The position numbers and the translations under genes were made by a program. The notes beneath the pieces were generated by a model, which ran no database searches, had not been told where the DNA came from, and saw only the letters and a list, made by a program, of their open reading frames with translations. From positions 64,882 through 128,881 of the forward strand of contig JACZTG010000001.1 in assembly GCA_022573815.1 (NCBI GenBank): a stretch of DNA of 64,000 nt, in the 5' to 3' direction. The DNA comes from Fidelibacterota bacterium. Its GTDB lineage: Bacteria > Fidelibacterota > SORT01. How positions within the stretch are numbered: position 1 is the stretch's first letter; the number at the start of each line of letters is the position of its first letter. Below are positions 49,235 through 58,436 of the stretch, piece by piece.

Positions 49235-51256
49235 TTGAAAGCATTTTCTAAAAACTTCATTCTTTTACTTCTGCCTTTGCTGGTTTTTTTTGTTGTCTAC
49301 ATCGGAGATACGGTATTTAAGATTAATACCGGTGTAGTAGAAGTATTAGCGTGGCTAAGAGAATTATTACTTCTTGGAGCTATCGCAGGACTTGTGCCTC
49401 TTCTCTCTTCGCTGAAGATTCTTAATCCCGGCAAGACAACAGCAAAATTCAGAGTATTACTTTTCGTTGTTATAGCATTTTTTGTAGTTTCCGTCGTTCA
49501 CAAATTTGTTTTAGTCCCAATATTCGGTACTCTCAATGGATATGTATTGATATCCATAATCTACTCTTTTTTAAGCATTATAGGGTTGATCCAAATTCGG
49601 GACCTCATCTACTTTAAAAGAAAAAAAAATACCGGCAAAGTATTTGCCGCGCTAATCATATCAATTTCTATGGTTTCTATATATGGCGGATTAAGCTCAA
49701 AAGATTTTCAGCAAATATTGGGCATAGTGATGATTCCAATCGGATTCGCAATATTCAATTCGTTTAGGGTTTCATGGATCGCTTATTTGTCTAAGAGTCA
49801 AAAATACCTGGTTTTACTCTTCTGTATGATTTTAGTTGCCGGATCATATTTTTTAAGGGATTTGGTTATAGCATCAGCATTATTTGAATATAGCTACAGT
49901 GTAGAAATATTTGTACATCTTGCCACAACTTCAATCTCTATATATACGTTTTTTGGAATGGTTGGCTTACTGCTTCACCTTCCGACAGCAACGTTATTCG
50001 ACCGGAAAATAAGAGATATTGAGTCTCTTCAAAGTCTCAGCCGGGCGGTGAGTTCGGTTTTAGATGTAAGTAAACTCACGGAGATGATTTCAGAATTCAC
50101 TGCTGAATATTCCAACTCACAATACTCGTGGTTGGTATTAAGAGAGCCTGATGATGACGAATTTTACCTTATGTCAAGTCATGGACTCACAGAAGAGCAA
50201 CAAAATAATATGAGTTTTAAAATTGACGAGGGAACAAGCGGCCTGATTTTTAAAAGCGGCGAACCTTTGATTTCTCAAGATGTGGCAAGAGAAGAAAGCA
50301 CCAAGCACTTAAAATTCTGGAATGCAGGAATAAAATCACTTATAGGATATCCCCTTATATCCGAAGCGGGAGTTATAGGTATTCTCTACGCCGGAATGAA
50401 TGAAGAATACGGATATGATAATGACGACATAGACTTAATAGGCGCATTCTCAAATCATATAGTAATCGCATTGGAAAATGCTAAATTGGTTGAAGGGTCC
50501 ATCGAAAAAGAAAGACTCGAACATGAGCTTAGACTTGCCCACGAAGTACAGCTGAATCTTCTTCCGAAGGGTGTTCCGGATTTACCCGATGATTTCGACA
50601 TCGCTGCTGCCAGTATGCCGGCTAATGAAGTTGGCGGCGATTATTTTGATTTCATTGAGATTGATGAAAATCGTATCGGACTTGTTATCGGCGATGTTTC
50701 AGGCAAGGGAACATCAGCTGCATTCTATATGGCCGAAATTAAAGGGATGATTCAAGCCTACAGCAGAATTTATGATTCACCACGTAAAATATTATGCGAT
50801 GTAAATCGCGCACTATACGGTAATCTGGACAGCCGCTCCTTTATATCGCTTACCTACGCCATTGTGGACAGTAAAAAACATAAAATGAAGTACTCAAGAG
50901 CCGGACATATGCCTATACTGCGCTATCTCGAAAAAGAGAACGAATGGTCCGAATTGGAGCCAAAAGGGATAGGATTAGGTATGGATAAAGGCGATATCTT
51001 CGATAAAGTTATCGAAGAAGCGGAAATAAAGCTTAAAAGTGACGAGCTTTATTTCTTTTACACTGACGGCGCTTCGGACGCGATGAATCATAATCAGGAG
51101 GAATTTGGAGAAGAAAAATTGAGAATATCGTTAACAAAACATTATCACTTGAGCTGCGAAGAGATAAAAGCCAACCTGATTAATGATATTTGGAAACATA
51201 TCGGCAAACAAGATGTGCATGACGATATAACGATGATTATTATGAAAATTAAGTAA
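49235..51256 (+). CDS. Membrane-anchored GAF-domain PP2C/SpoIIE-family Ser/Thr phosphatase (RsbU-like)
   Basis: About 7 N-terminal TM helices, a GAF domain, and a C-terminal PPM domain with HEVQLNLLP and EVGGDYFDF. Typical of RsbU/SpoIIE phosphatases. Confidence 0.8.
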   Translation: MKAFSKNFILLLLPLLVFFVVYIGDTVFKINTGVVEVLAWLRELLLLGAIAGLVPLLSSLKILNPGKTTAKFRVLLFVVIAFFVVSVVHKFVLVPIFGTLNGYVLISIIYSFLSIIGLIQIRDLIYFKRKKNTGKVFAALIISISMVSIYGGLSSKDFQQILGIVMIPIGFAIFNSFRVSWIAYLSKSQKYLVLLFCMILVAGSYFLRDLVIASALFEYSYSVEIFVHLATTSISIYTFFGMVGLLLHLPTATLFDRKIRDIESLQSLSRAVSSVLDVSKLTEMISEFTAEYSNSQYSWLVLREPDDDEFYLMSSHGLTEEQQNNMSFKIDEGTSGLIFKSGEPLISQDVAREESTKHLKFWNAGIKSLIGYPLISEAGVIGILYAGMNEEYGYDNDDIDLIGAFSNHIVIALENAKLVEGSIEKERLEHELRLAHEVQLNLLPKGVPDLPDDFDIAAASMPANEVGGDYFDFIEIDENRIGLVIGDVSGKGTSAAFYMAEIKGMIQAYSRIYDSPRKILCDVNRALYGNLDSRSFISLTYAIVDSKKHKMKYSRAGHMPILRYLEKENEWSELEPKGIGLGMDKGDIFDKVIEEAEIKLKSDELYFFYTDGASDAMNHNQEEFGEEKLRISLTKHYHLSCEEIKANLINDIWKHIGKQDVHDDITMIIMKIK

Positions 51257-51295
51257 CAATAAGCGTTTCAGAACGTAAATAGCAGGGAGAGATAA

Positions 51296-51652
51296 ATGCA
51301 AACAGACATAATATTGAAGAGAGAAGACATTAATGGAGTCTCGGTAATTCACGTCGGAGGATACCTTGATGCTCATACAGCAACAAAATTCGAATCGTTA
51401 ATACTCGAGTTGACCAATGCAGAAAGATATAAACTCATCCTGAACTTCAAGGAACTTGATTACATTTCAAGCGCCGGATTGGGAGTTATTATGGGAAATA
51501 TCGAAGAGATACGGAATCATGATGGAGATATCAAGCTGTCTGATATGGGCGAGAAAATTTACAGAGTATTTGATTTAGTGGGATTCCCGAGTTTGTATGA
51601 CATATTCGATACTCAGAAAGAGGCTGAAACTGCTTTCGAAAGCAAAAGCTAA
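51296..51652 (+). CDS. STAS-domain anti-sigma-factor antagonist (RsbV/SpoIIAA-like)
   Basis: 118 aa. The conserved phosphorylatable Ser context is LDYISSAGLGVI. Confidence 0.8.
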   Translation: MQTDIILKREDINGVSVIHVGGYLDAHTATKFESLILELTNAERYKLILNFKELDYISSAGLGVIMGNIEEIRNHDGDIKLSDMGEKIYRVFDLVGFPSLYDIFDTQKEAETAFESKS

Positions 51653-51666
51653 ACGGGGAGAGAATA

Positions 51667-52104
51667 GTGTCCAACAAAGATTTTATACTGAAAATTCCCA
51701 CTCGCAGCACAAACCTGAAAATAATTCGTGATTTTATAATGGATGTTTCCGACAAAGCGGGATTTGAGAACGAAGCGTGCTGTGATATTGCGCTTGCGGT
51801 TGATGAAGGATGCACAAATGTTATAAAACACGCATATAGGGGTGGCGATGGCAAGGATATTATAATAAACGTCAAGTATGATAAAGAAAAAATAACTATT
51901 ATCATATCTGATACGGGTAAAGGATTTGATTCAGAGGTTTATGAAACCCTTGATTTAGAGGAATACCTTATAAAATTGGAAAAGGGCGGATTAGGAATTC
52001 ACATTATGAAAAATACAATGGACGAGATTGATTTTAGGAAGGAAAAGGATAACATTAATTCCGTTCATATGATAAAATTTTTACCGCAGGAGAGTGCAGA
52101 TTAA
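51667..52104 (+). CDS. Anti-sigma regulatory factor Ser/Thr protein kinase (RsbW/SpoIIAB-like GHKL ATPase)
   Basis: HATPase_c N-box DEGCTNVIKHAY, G1 DTGKGF, G2 GGLGI. 145 aa. GTG start. Confidence 0.75.
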   Translation: MSNKDFILKIPTRSTNLKIIRDFIMDVSDKAGFENEACCDIALAVDEGCTNVIKHAYRGGDGKDIIINVKYDKEKITIIISDTGKGFDSEVYETLDLEEYLIKLEKGGLGIHIMKNTMDEIDFRKEKDNINSVHMIKFLPQESAD

Positions 52105-52165
52105 AAGATGAATTCCAATTCCTTTGAATAAGTAATGATACAGTCGTATTTTACTTCTGCCATTT

Positions 52166-53893
52166 ATGCAATATAATAACACAAACAGAAAATATCTCGA
52201 AGAGAGAGAGCAGGATCTGCATGATCTTTTTGAAGTAAGCAAACGACTGGATAGCTTAACTAATTTCGATTCCATTATCGGACAGATGCTTCTCTCATTA
52301 ATGGGGAGATTGATGATACAGAAATCTGTATTTATCATCATGAATGAAGATAAAGATGAACTCAGTCTCTGCAAGGCAAAAGGACTTAATCAATTTGAAG
52401 AAGGGACGGTAATAAAATACAATAAATTACCGGAAGAATTTTGCAAGTTGGAAGCGCTCAAGAAAGATGAGCCCTTGAGGGATTATTTAGAAAGCGAAGA
52501 CCTTGAAGTGTTGTTTCCTATGATGAAAGCAGGCAGATTGATGGGTCTCCTTGCATTCGGAAAAAGGTTCAAAAACGACGAATATGAGAAAGAAGAAATA
52601 AATTATGTTTCTTCGCTACTGTCTTTAACAGCTTCATCAATAGAAAACGCACTATCCATAGATAAGATAAACAGTATAAACCGGGGACTCGACAGAAAAA
52701 ATCAGGAACTCCAGACTCTTTTTGAACTGGGTAAAGAATTAAACTCCACGTTAGATCAGGAGACTATAGTAAGACAATTCGGCTATGCTCTGATGGGGCA
52801 AATGATGGTAGGCAGGTTTCTAATCTATTTAATCAGCGACGACTCTCTAAAGATATTTCACAATAAAGGTTTCAGCGGCGAGCATGTTGAGAGTATTCAT
52901 CCGTGCTTAAAAGAGCTGGAAGATTTAAACGAAATATTGCTTGTGCAGAAAAAGAAAGATAAACTAAACGGCATACTTGCCAAGGCTCAAATAGCTGCTG
53001 CTATTCCTCTCTCGATCCAGGGTGAAAATAAAGGGGTGCTTTGTATAGAGGAAAAAAGAGGGACAGAACAATTTTCTGATGACGATTTACAGCTTCTGCA
53101 TACCATGGGCGGACAGGTGATAATTTCTTTAGAAAATGCGAGACTCTTTAAGGAATCGCTTGAAAGACAACGGTTGCAGGAAGAACTGAACATTGCCAGG
53201 GAAATACAACAAGGTCTGCTTGCATCTGATTTCAATGTCTCCGGCGGGTGGAAGATATTCGGGAAGAATGTTCCCAGCCTGGAAGTTGGCGGAGATTACT
53301 TTGATGTGATTAAATTGGATAACGGTAAAATAGCGCTAGCTATCGCTGATGTATCCGGAAAGGGAGCCGGCGCCTCACTGCTTATGTCGAATCTGCAGGC
53401 AAGCTTGCGCGCCTTAGTCAATGTTGATACAAATCTTGGTTCAATGGTGGCAAGGATAAATAATATCCTGTATCAAAATACATCAGCGGATAAATATATA
53501 ACCTTTTTCATCGGGATTCTTGACCCTGACAAAAGAACATTCACGTTTTGCAATGCGGGCCATAACCCACCTCTAATATTCTCCCAAAACGGTAATGTGA
53601 CCGAGCTCGAAGAGGGAGGTTTAATAATCGGGGTGATGGCTGGAGCAATTTATAAGGTTGGAAATGTCGTGTTAGATGATGGGGACACTATCGTAATGTA
53701 CACAGACGGAATTACGGAAGCAGAAAACGAAAAAGGTGAAGAATTCGGCGAGGAAGGCTTAAAGAACCATGTAAAAAGAAACCTAAAGTCTTCCCCTGAG
53801 GAGCTGATAAACTCTATAATAGAGGAAGTAGAAAGCCACGCTGTTGATTTGTCGGCCCAGGATGATGTGACACTACTTATTTTTAGCGGTTAA
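52166..53893 (+). CDS. Cytoplasmic GAF-domain PP2C/SpoIIE-family phosphatase (second RsbU/RsbP-like)
   Basis: Two GAF-like regions followed by a PPM domain with REIQQGLL and EVGGDYFD. No TM segments. Confidence 0.8.
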   Translation: MQYNNTNRKYLEEREQDLHDLFEVSKRLDSLTNFDSIIGQMLLSLMGRLMIQKSVFIIMNEDKDELSLCKAKGLNQFEEGTVIKYNKLPEEFCKLEALKKDEPLRDYLESEDLEVLFPMMKAGRLMGLLAFGKRFKNDEYEKEEINYVSSLLSLTASSIENALSIDKINSINRGLDRKNQELQTLFELGKELNSTLDQETIVRQFGYALMGQMMVGRFLIYLISDDSLKIFHNKGFSGEHVESIHPCLKELEDLNEILLVQKKKDKLNGILAKAQIAAAIPLSIQGENKGVLCIEEKRGTEQFSDDDLQLLHTMGGQVIISLENARLFKESLERQRLQEELNIAREIQQGLLASDFNVSGGWKIFGKNVPSLEVGGDYFDVIKLDNGKIALAIADVSGKGAGASLLMSNLQASLRALVNVDTNLGSMVARINNILYQNTSADKYITFFIGILDPDKRTFTFCNAGHNPPLIFSQNGNVTELEEGGLIIGVMAGAIYKVGNVVLDDGDTIVMYTDGITEAENEKGEEFGEEGLKNHVKRNLKSSPEELINSIIEEVESHAVDLSAQDDVTLLIFSG

Positions 53894-54163
53894 TTAAGGT
53901 TTTTTTAATTTAATTATGGGGAACTATTACTATTCTCCGATGTATAATTTTTAAATGCACACAAATTTAAAAAATGGCGTATAGAAAAGGTCTTGACAAT
54001 TCTTTCGTGTGATACTACCTTGGTGCGCTGACTAATAAAATTTAAAGAGGGCATATATTATTATTGTTACAGTATTGTTCAAAAAGTATCACCGGGTTTT
54101 AAGGATTACGGGCAGGTTGTTCTAAAGCAACCGTTCCGAATAAAGATTTTAAAGGAGAAACTG

Positions 54164-55282
54164 ATGACAAGAACTGTAATAGCAGCCCTTTTTCTGCTGG
54201 CTCTTACATTTAATACCACAACATTAAAAGCTCAAGGCGAAGCTGGCGCGCCTTTTTTATTGATAGCTCCGGGTGCGCGCGCAAGCGGGATGGGCGAAGC
54301 GAATGTTGCATTAGCCGATGACGCGGTTGGCGGATTTTATAATCCTGCCGGTATTGCATGGGCGGAAGGCAAAAATCTAACATTTATGCGCGCGAAGTGG
54401 CTTCCAAATTTAGTCGATGACATCAGTTATAATTTCTTAGGTTATAGCCAATATGTAGAGGGTCTTGGTTCAATCGGAGGTCATATAATATACCTTGATC
54501 TCGGAGAACAGGTGAGAACCGGAGAAAGTTCACCTGATGCATTAGGTACCTTTCAATCTTTTATGCTTGCGGTAGCAGGCACTTACGCCGCGGATCTCGG
54601 TGAAAATTCTGCGGTAGGAATTAGCGTTAAATTCGTACATCAGGACCTGGCGCCATTTGGAGCCGGACAGGAAAAAGGAAGCGGCTCATCCTCTTCCTTC
54701 GCATTTGATGTAGGTCTGTTAGCTCGAGATAAAATTGTCGGCGGACTTGATTTGGGTATTGCTATTGCTAATATAGGTCCGGACATCGCATTTATTGATG
54801 CTAATCAGGCTGATCCGATGCCGATGAATTTAAAAATGGGTCTCTCATATATGCTCTTCGATGGAGAATTTAATTCCCTGCGAATAGTGTATGATATGAA
54901 CAAGCTTCTCGTGGCTTCATATCCTGATAGAGATTTAAACGGCAATGACATAATTGACATTGGAACTGATGAAGAAGCCCATAAAGATCCATTTTACAAA
55001 GCATTTGTTACTTCGTGGACTGATGATTCTGCAAATATTGAATGGCAGAAGATCATTCATAATTTTGGCGTCGAATATTGGTATTCAGGGGTGGTAGCGC
55101 TTAGAGCCGGCGTATTCAGAGATTATTTACTTAAAGATACAGATAATAGTGTCGCACTTTTTAAAACTGTTGGTGTGGGTCTCAGGTATAATACCTTAGG
55201 TTTCGATTTCGGCTACGTAGATGGTCCCGAAGGACATCCGATTACCAACACTATGCGTTTAAGTTTTAATCTGGCTTTTTAG
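54164..55282 (+). CDS. PorV/PorQ-family outer-membrane beta-barrel protein (type IX secretion shuttle-like)
   Basis: Signal peptide, then the family-typical PGARASGMGEANVALADDAVGGFYNPAGIAW. About 370 aa. Ends in an aromatic residue. AAGGAG RBS. Confidence 0.6.
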   Translation: MTRTVIAALFLLALTFNTTTLKAQGEAGAPFLLIAPGARASGMGEANVALADDAVGGFYNPAGIAWAEGKNLTFMRAKWLPNLVDDISYNFLGYSQYVEGLGSIGGHIIYLDLGEQVRTGESSPDALGTFQSFMLAVAGTYAADLGENSAVGISVKFVHQDLAPFGAGQEKGSGSSSSFAFDVGLLARDKIVGGLDLGIAIANIGPDIAFIDANQADPMPMNLKMGLSYMLFDGEFNSLRIVYDMNKLLVASYPDRDLNGNDIIDIGTDEEAHKDPFYKAFVTSWTDDSANIEWQKIIHNFGVEYWYSGVVALRAGVFRDYLLKDTDNSVALFKTVGVGLRYNTLGFDFGYVDGPEGHPITNTMRLSFNLAF

Positions 55283-55346
55283 AACACTTCAGCTAATAAT
55301 TTTACACAGGTGCATGGCAGTTGCCGGTCCTCAAAAAGCGAATTCA

Positions 55347-58300
55347 ATGTTGAATCTGTTTCCCGATAGAATAAAAACATTCGTTTTCGTTATAATCTTA
55401 TTTTTTGTATCAGGAATTGAAGCGGCGGAAAACGGATACAGAGTTAATTTTCATAATTATTCTTCAGGTTTAAAGAGTTCTGTTATAAGTCAAAGTGTCT
55501 CAATAGCGGCTATCAGGGTTCAGTTTGTGGAAGATGACGAAGAAGGTACGACGGGAAACGGATTGTTCGATCTTTCATCACCATCGGCAGGCGATGATTT
55601 TATATTCGATCCGCCGCCGCATAACCGGAGATATTTTCAGGCGCATTTGGAATCGCTTAACAATTATTTTAATTCGGTAGGTCAATCCCGATGGGGAATT
55701 GGTGGGATCAATTCAACCGTATTCCCGCTTCTAACGGATAGCGTGTATGATCTTCAAAATCCGATGCGGTTTTATAGCCCGAAATCAGATGAAGAAACCA
55801 ATGATAAACGGTTGGCGCAGCTTTTCTACGAATCTGTAATTTTAGCTGCGGATGATGCGGGAAATTACTCGGGAACTGACTTAGTTATTGTTTTTCATGC
55901 TGGAGTTGGAAAGGATTTTACATTTCAACTCGACCTCACACCGTTCGATATTCCCTCGGCTTTGCTCGACAGAGATTTTCTTCAGCTGAATTTGGCTTCT
56001 TCTGAATTTTCCCAATTAGAAAGTTTGGGAGTTACCACCGGATTGATACTTCCGGAAACACAAAGTCAGGATGGTTTCAATATTGCGCTAAATGGTACTA
56101 TTACTTTGCTGTTCGGCAGGTTTTTAGGATTACCCTCTTTATGGAACACGGATACTGGCGACCCTGGAATCGGAAAATGGGGATTGATGGATCAAGGTTC
56201 AAATAATATGGATGGAGCTGTCCCAGCTCGCCCGAGCGCATTCAGCAGAGTATTTATGGGATGGGAATTGGATATACCAGCATATCCGAGTGAAGGAAGA
56301 GAAATATTCACTGCCGCTGACGAGTTTGGCATTAAATATTATTCTATTAAAATCAATTCAGATGAATATTTTTTGATTGAAAACAGAAGCAGAGCTACAA
56401 CAAATAAAACGGGATTCGAAGAGCTTATAGTCGGAAGAGATACCGCTTATGTAAAGTTTGATTCCTTAGGAAGCGGCGTAATAGTTAGTGTATCAAATTA
56501 TGATGCGGGAATTCCCGGCTCGGGACTGCTTATCTGGCATATAAATGAATCTGTCGTGAAAGAGTTTTACTCCACAAACCGGATTAATACAGATAAAGAA
56601 AACAGGGGAGTAGATCTTGAAGAGGGGGACGGTTCGCAGGATATAGGAGAAGAATTTGGATTCTTGCAGCCCGGGGGCGGTTCTGAAAACGGCACGCCTT
56701 GGGATCCTTTTTACGCTAAGAATCCCGCCTGGTATTTCCAAAATCCTGATTGGGAAGCGGATGCTGATTCCACAGTGGCATTTACGCCTGAGACCAGCCC
56801 AAACAGCAATAGTAACGCAGGTGGCAAAACAGGAATTAGTATAACAAATATTTCCAAAGCGGGTTTAAGAATGACCTTTGATGTTGCTTCAAGCTTTCTT
56901 GCTGTGGGGTTCCCATTATATCTGGGCGCCGGAGCGGGAAGGAGTTTTCCTGCAGTTGCCGACTTAGATGGAGACGGAAATATAGAGATATTAGTGGCAA
57001 CGTCGGATGGAACTATACACGGCTGGACACTGATACTCGATAGACTTCCATTAGTTTACTTGGGAGGTGGTGATACAGAAAATATAGTATCCACATTCGG
57101 AAATGTAACTACAAGCCATAGAATCGGAATATTCGCAGATTCGGTAGGTTCTATTAGTAATATCGCAATAAGCGACATAGACGGAGACGATACACTTGAA
57201 GTTGTGGTAGTTACTAAAAATGGCAAAGTGATAATGTATGAGCCGGAAGAAGGGGCGGTTATTGATAATCGCGCCGACAGCGCCTGGTCAATCTATCTTG
57301 GCGAAGAAGTGTTAGCAACTCCAATTGTATCCAACGGAAGAGTTTATGTAGGCAGCTTAAGCGGCACAATTTCGGAGATTAACAGCAGCGGGAATCTGAT
57401 TAATTCGACTGCATCCGCTATTGAAATTCTAAGTATGACATTACCGGATGGTGAAGCTGTCAAAGGTTCAAACGACAATATTATTTCCGGTAATTTTTTA
57501 CAGAACCGTAAATCGCTTGGTTCTGAACCCGAAGATTTAATTGTGACTATTTCCGCGAAAGGAATTGTGAGGGTTTTTATCGGTACAAACACGGATCTGG
57601 TCAACGCTGATTATGAATATGATATGGGCGACAGTGTACTTTCCTCTCCCGCAATGGCAGATATAGATAAAGATGGTGAACTTGAGATAATAATAACAGG
57701 GAATAATAAACTTTGGGCGTTTAACGGGAATTTGACACTTGTGGAAAATTTCCCTGTCACAATCGGTATTCCGGAACCGGTCGGTAAGATATTATCGTCG
57801 CCTGTTATAGGAGATGTTGACGGCGACGGTTCACCGGAAATAATTTTCGGAGCTCCTGACGGAAAGATTTACGGTTATCATTCGGATGGAACTGTGGCGG
57901 AAGGTTTTCCTCTTTCAACGGGAGCAAGCGTGAGCTCAACGCCTGTTATAGTTGATGCGATTCCGTCAGGCGCAATGGAAATCGTGGCAACGAGTGACGA
58001 TGGTTGGCTGTATATGTGGTCTGTGCCCGGTAACGGAACAGCTGGAAATACTCCGGCTTATCTTCCGTGGAGCGCATTTGCCGGCTCGAACGAAAGAACA
58101 AATTTTGCTCCCGCTTCACCGAGTTCACCTCCTGTAGGAATAAATGAACTGCTTGCTCAGGATAAAGTGTTCGCTTATCCGAATCCCGTGGAAGGGAGTG
58201 AAGTGCGGATACGGTATTTTGTTAATCAATCCGGCAGTGTTGATATAATGATATTTGATATGGCAGGTGAGTTTGTAACAAAATTGCTTAACTCCAACAT

Positions 58301-58436
58301 AGTTCAAAATGAATATAACGAAACGGTTTGGAATGTAAAAAACGTGTCAAGCGGAGTCTATTTAGCCAGGGTAACCGCTCATGGATTATCCGGCGGGCTG
58401 TCGTCTAAAGTTATTAAAGTGGCAGTTGTAAAATGA
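55347..58436 (+). CDS. Large secreted FG-GAP/VCBS-repeat protein with a T9SS C-terminal sorting domain
   Basis: Signal peptide from the internal M at 55347. Repeated DxDGDG calcium-binding FG-GAP motifs include DLDGDGNIEILVATSDG, DIDGDDTLEVVVVTKNG, DIDKDGELEIIITGNN and DVDGDGSPEIIFGAPDG. The C-terminal about 80 aa, VFAYPNPVEG...SGVYLARV...KV, matches the Por secretion CTD. Confidence 0.65.
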   Translation: MLNLFPDRIKTFVFVIILFFVSGIEAAENGYRVNFHNYSSGLKSSVISQSVSIAAIRVQFVEDDEEGTTGNGLFDLSSPSAGDDFIFDPPPHNRRYFQAHLESLNNYFNSVGQSRWGIGGINSTVFPLLTDSVYDLQNPMRFYSPKSDEETNDKRLAQLFYESVILAADDAGNYSGTDLVIVFHAGVGKDFTFQLDLTPFDIPSALLDRDFLQLNLASSEFSQLESLGVTTGLILPETQSQDGFNIALNGTITLLFGRFLGLPSLWNTDTGDPGIGKWGLMDQGSNNMDGAVPARPSAFSRVFMGWELDIPAYPSEGREIFTAADEFGIKYYSIKINSDEYFLIENRSRATTNKTGFEELIVGRDTAYVKFDSLGSGVIVSVSNYDAGIPGSGLLIWHINESVVKEFYSTNRINTDKENRGVDLEEGDGSQDIGEEFGFLQPGGGSENGTPWDPFYAKNPAWYFQNPDWEADADSTVAFTPETSPNSNSNAGGKTGISITNISKAGLRMTFDVASSFLAVGFPLYLGAGAGRSFPAVADLDGDGNIEILVATSDGTIHGWTLILDRLPLVYLGGGDTENIVSTFGNVTTSHRIGIFADSVGSISNIAISDIDGDDTLEVVVVTKNGKVIMYEPEEGAVIDNRADSAWSIYLGEEVLATPIVSNGRVYVGSLSGTISEINSSGNLINSTASAIEILSMTLPDGEAVKGSNDNIISGNFLQNRKSLGSEPEDLIVTISAKGIVRVFIGTNTDLVNADYEYDMGDSVLSSPAMADIDKDGELEIIITGNNKLWAFNGNLTLVENFPVTIGIPEPVGKILSSPVIGDVDGDGSPEIIFGAPDGKIYGYHSDGTVAEGFPLSTGASVSSTPVIVDAIPSGAMEIVATSDDGWLYMWSVPGNGTAGNTPAYLPWSAFAGSNERTNFAPASPSSPPVGINELLAQDKVFAYPNPVEGSEVRIRYFVNQSGSVDIMIFDMAGEFVTKLLNSNIVQNEYNETVWNVKNVSSGVYLARVTAHGLSGGLSSKVIKVAVVK

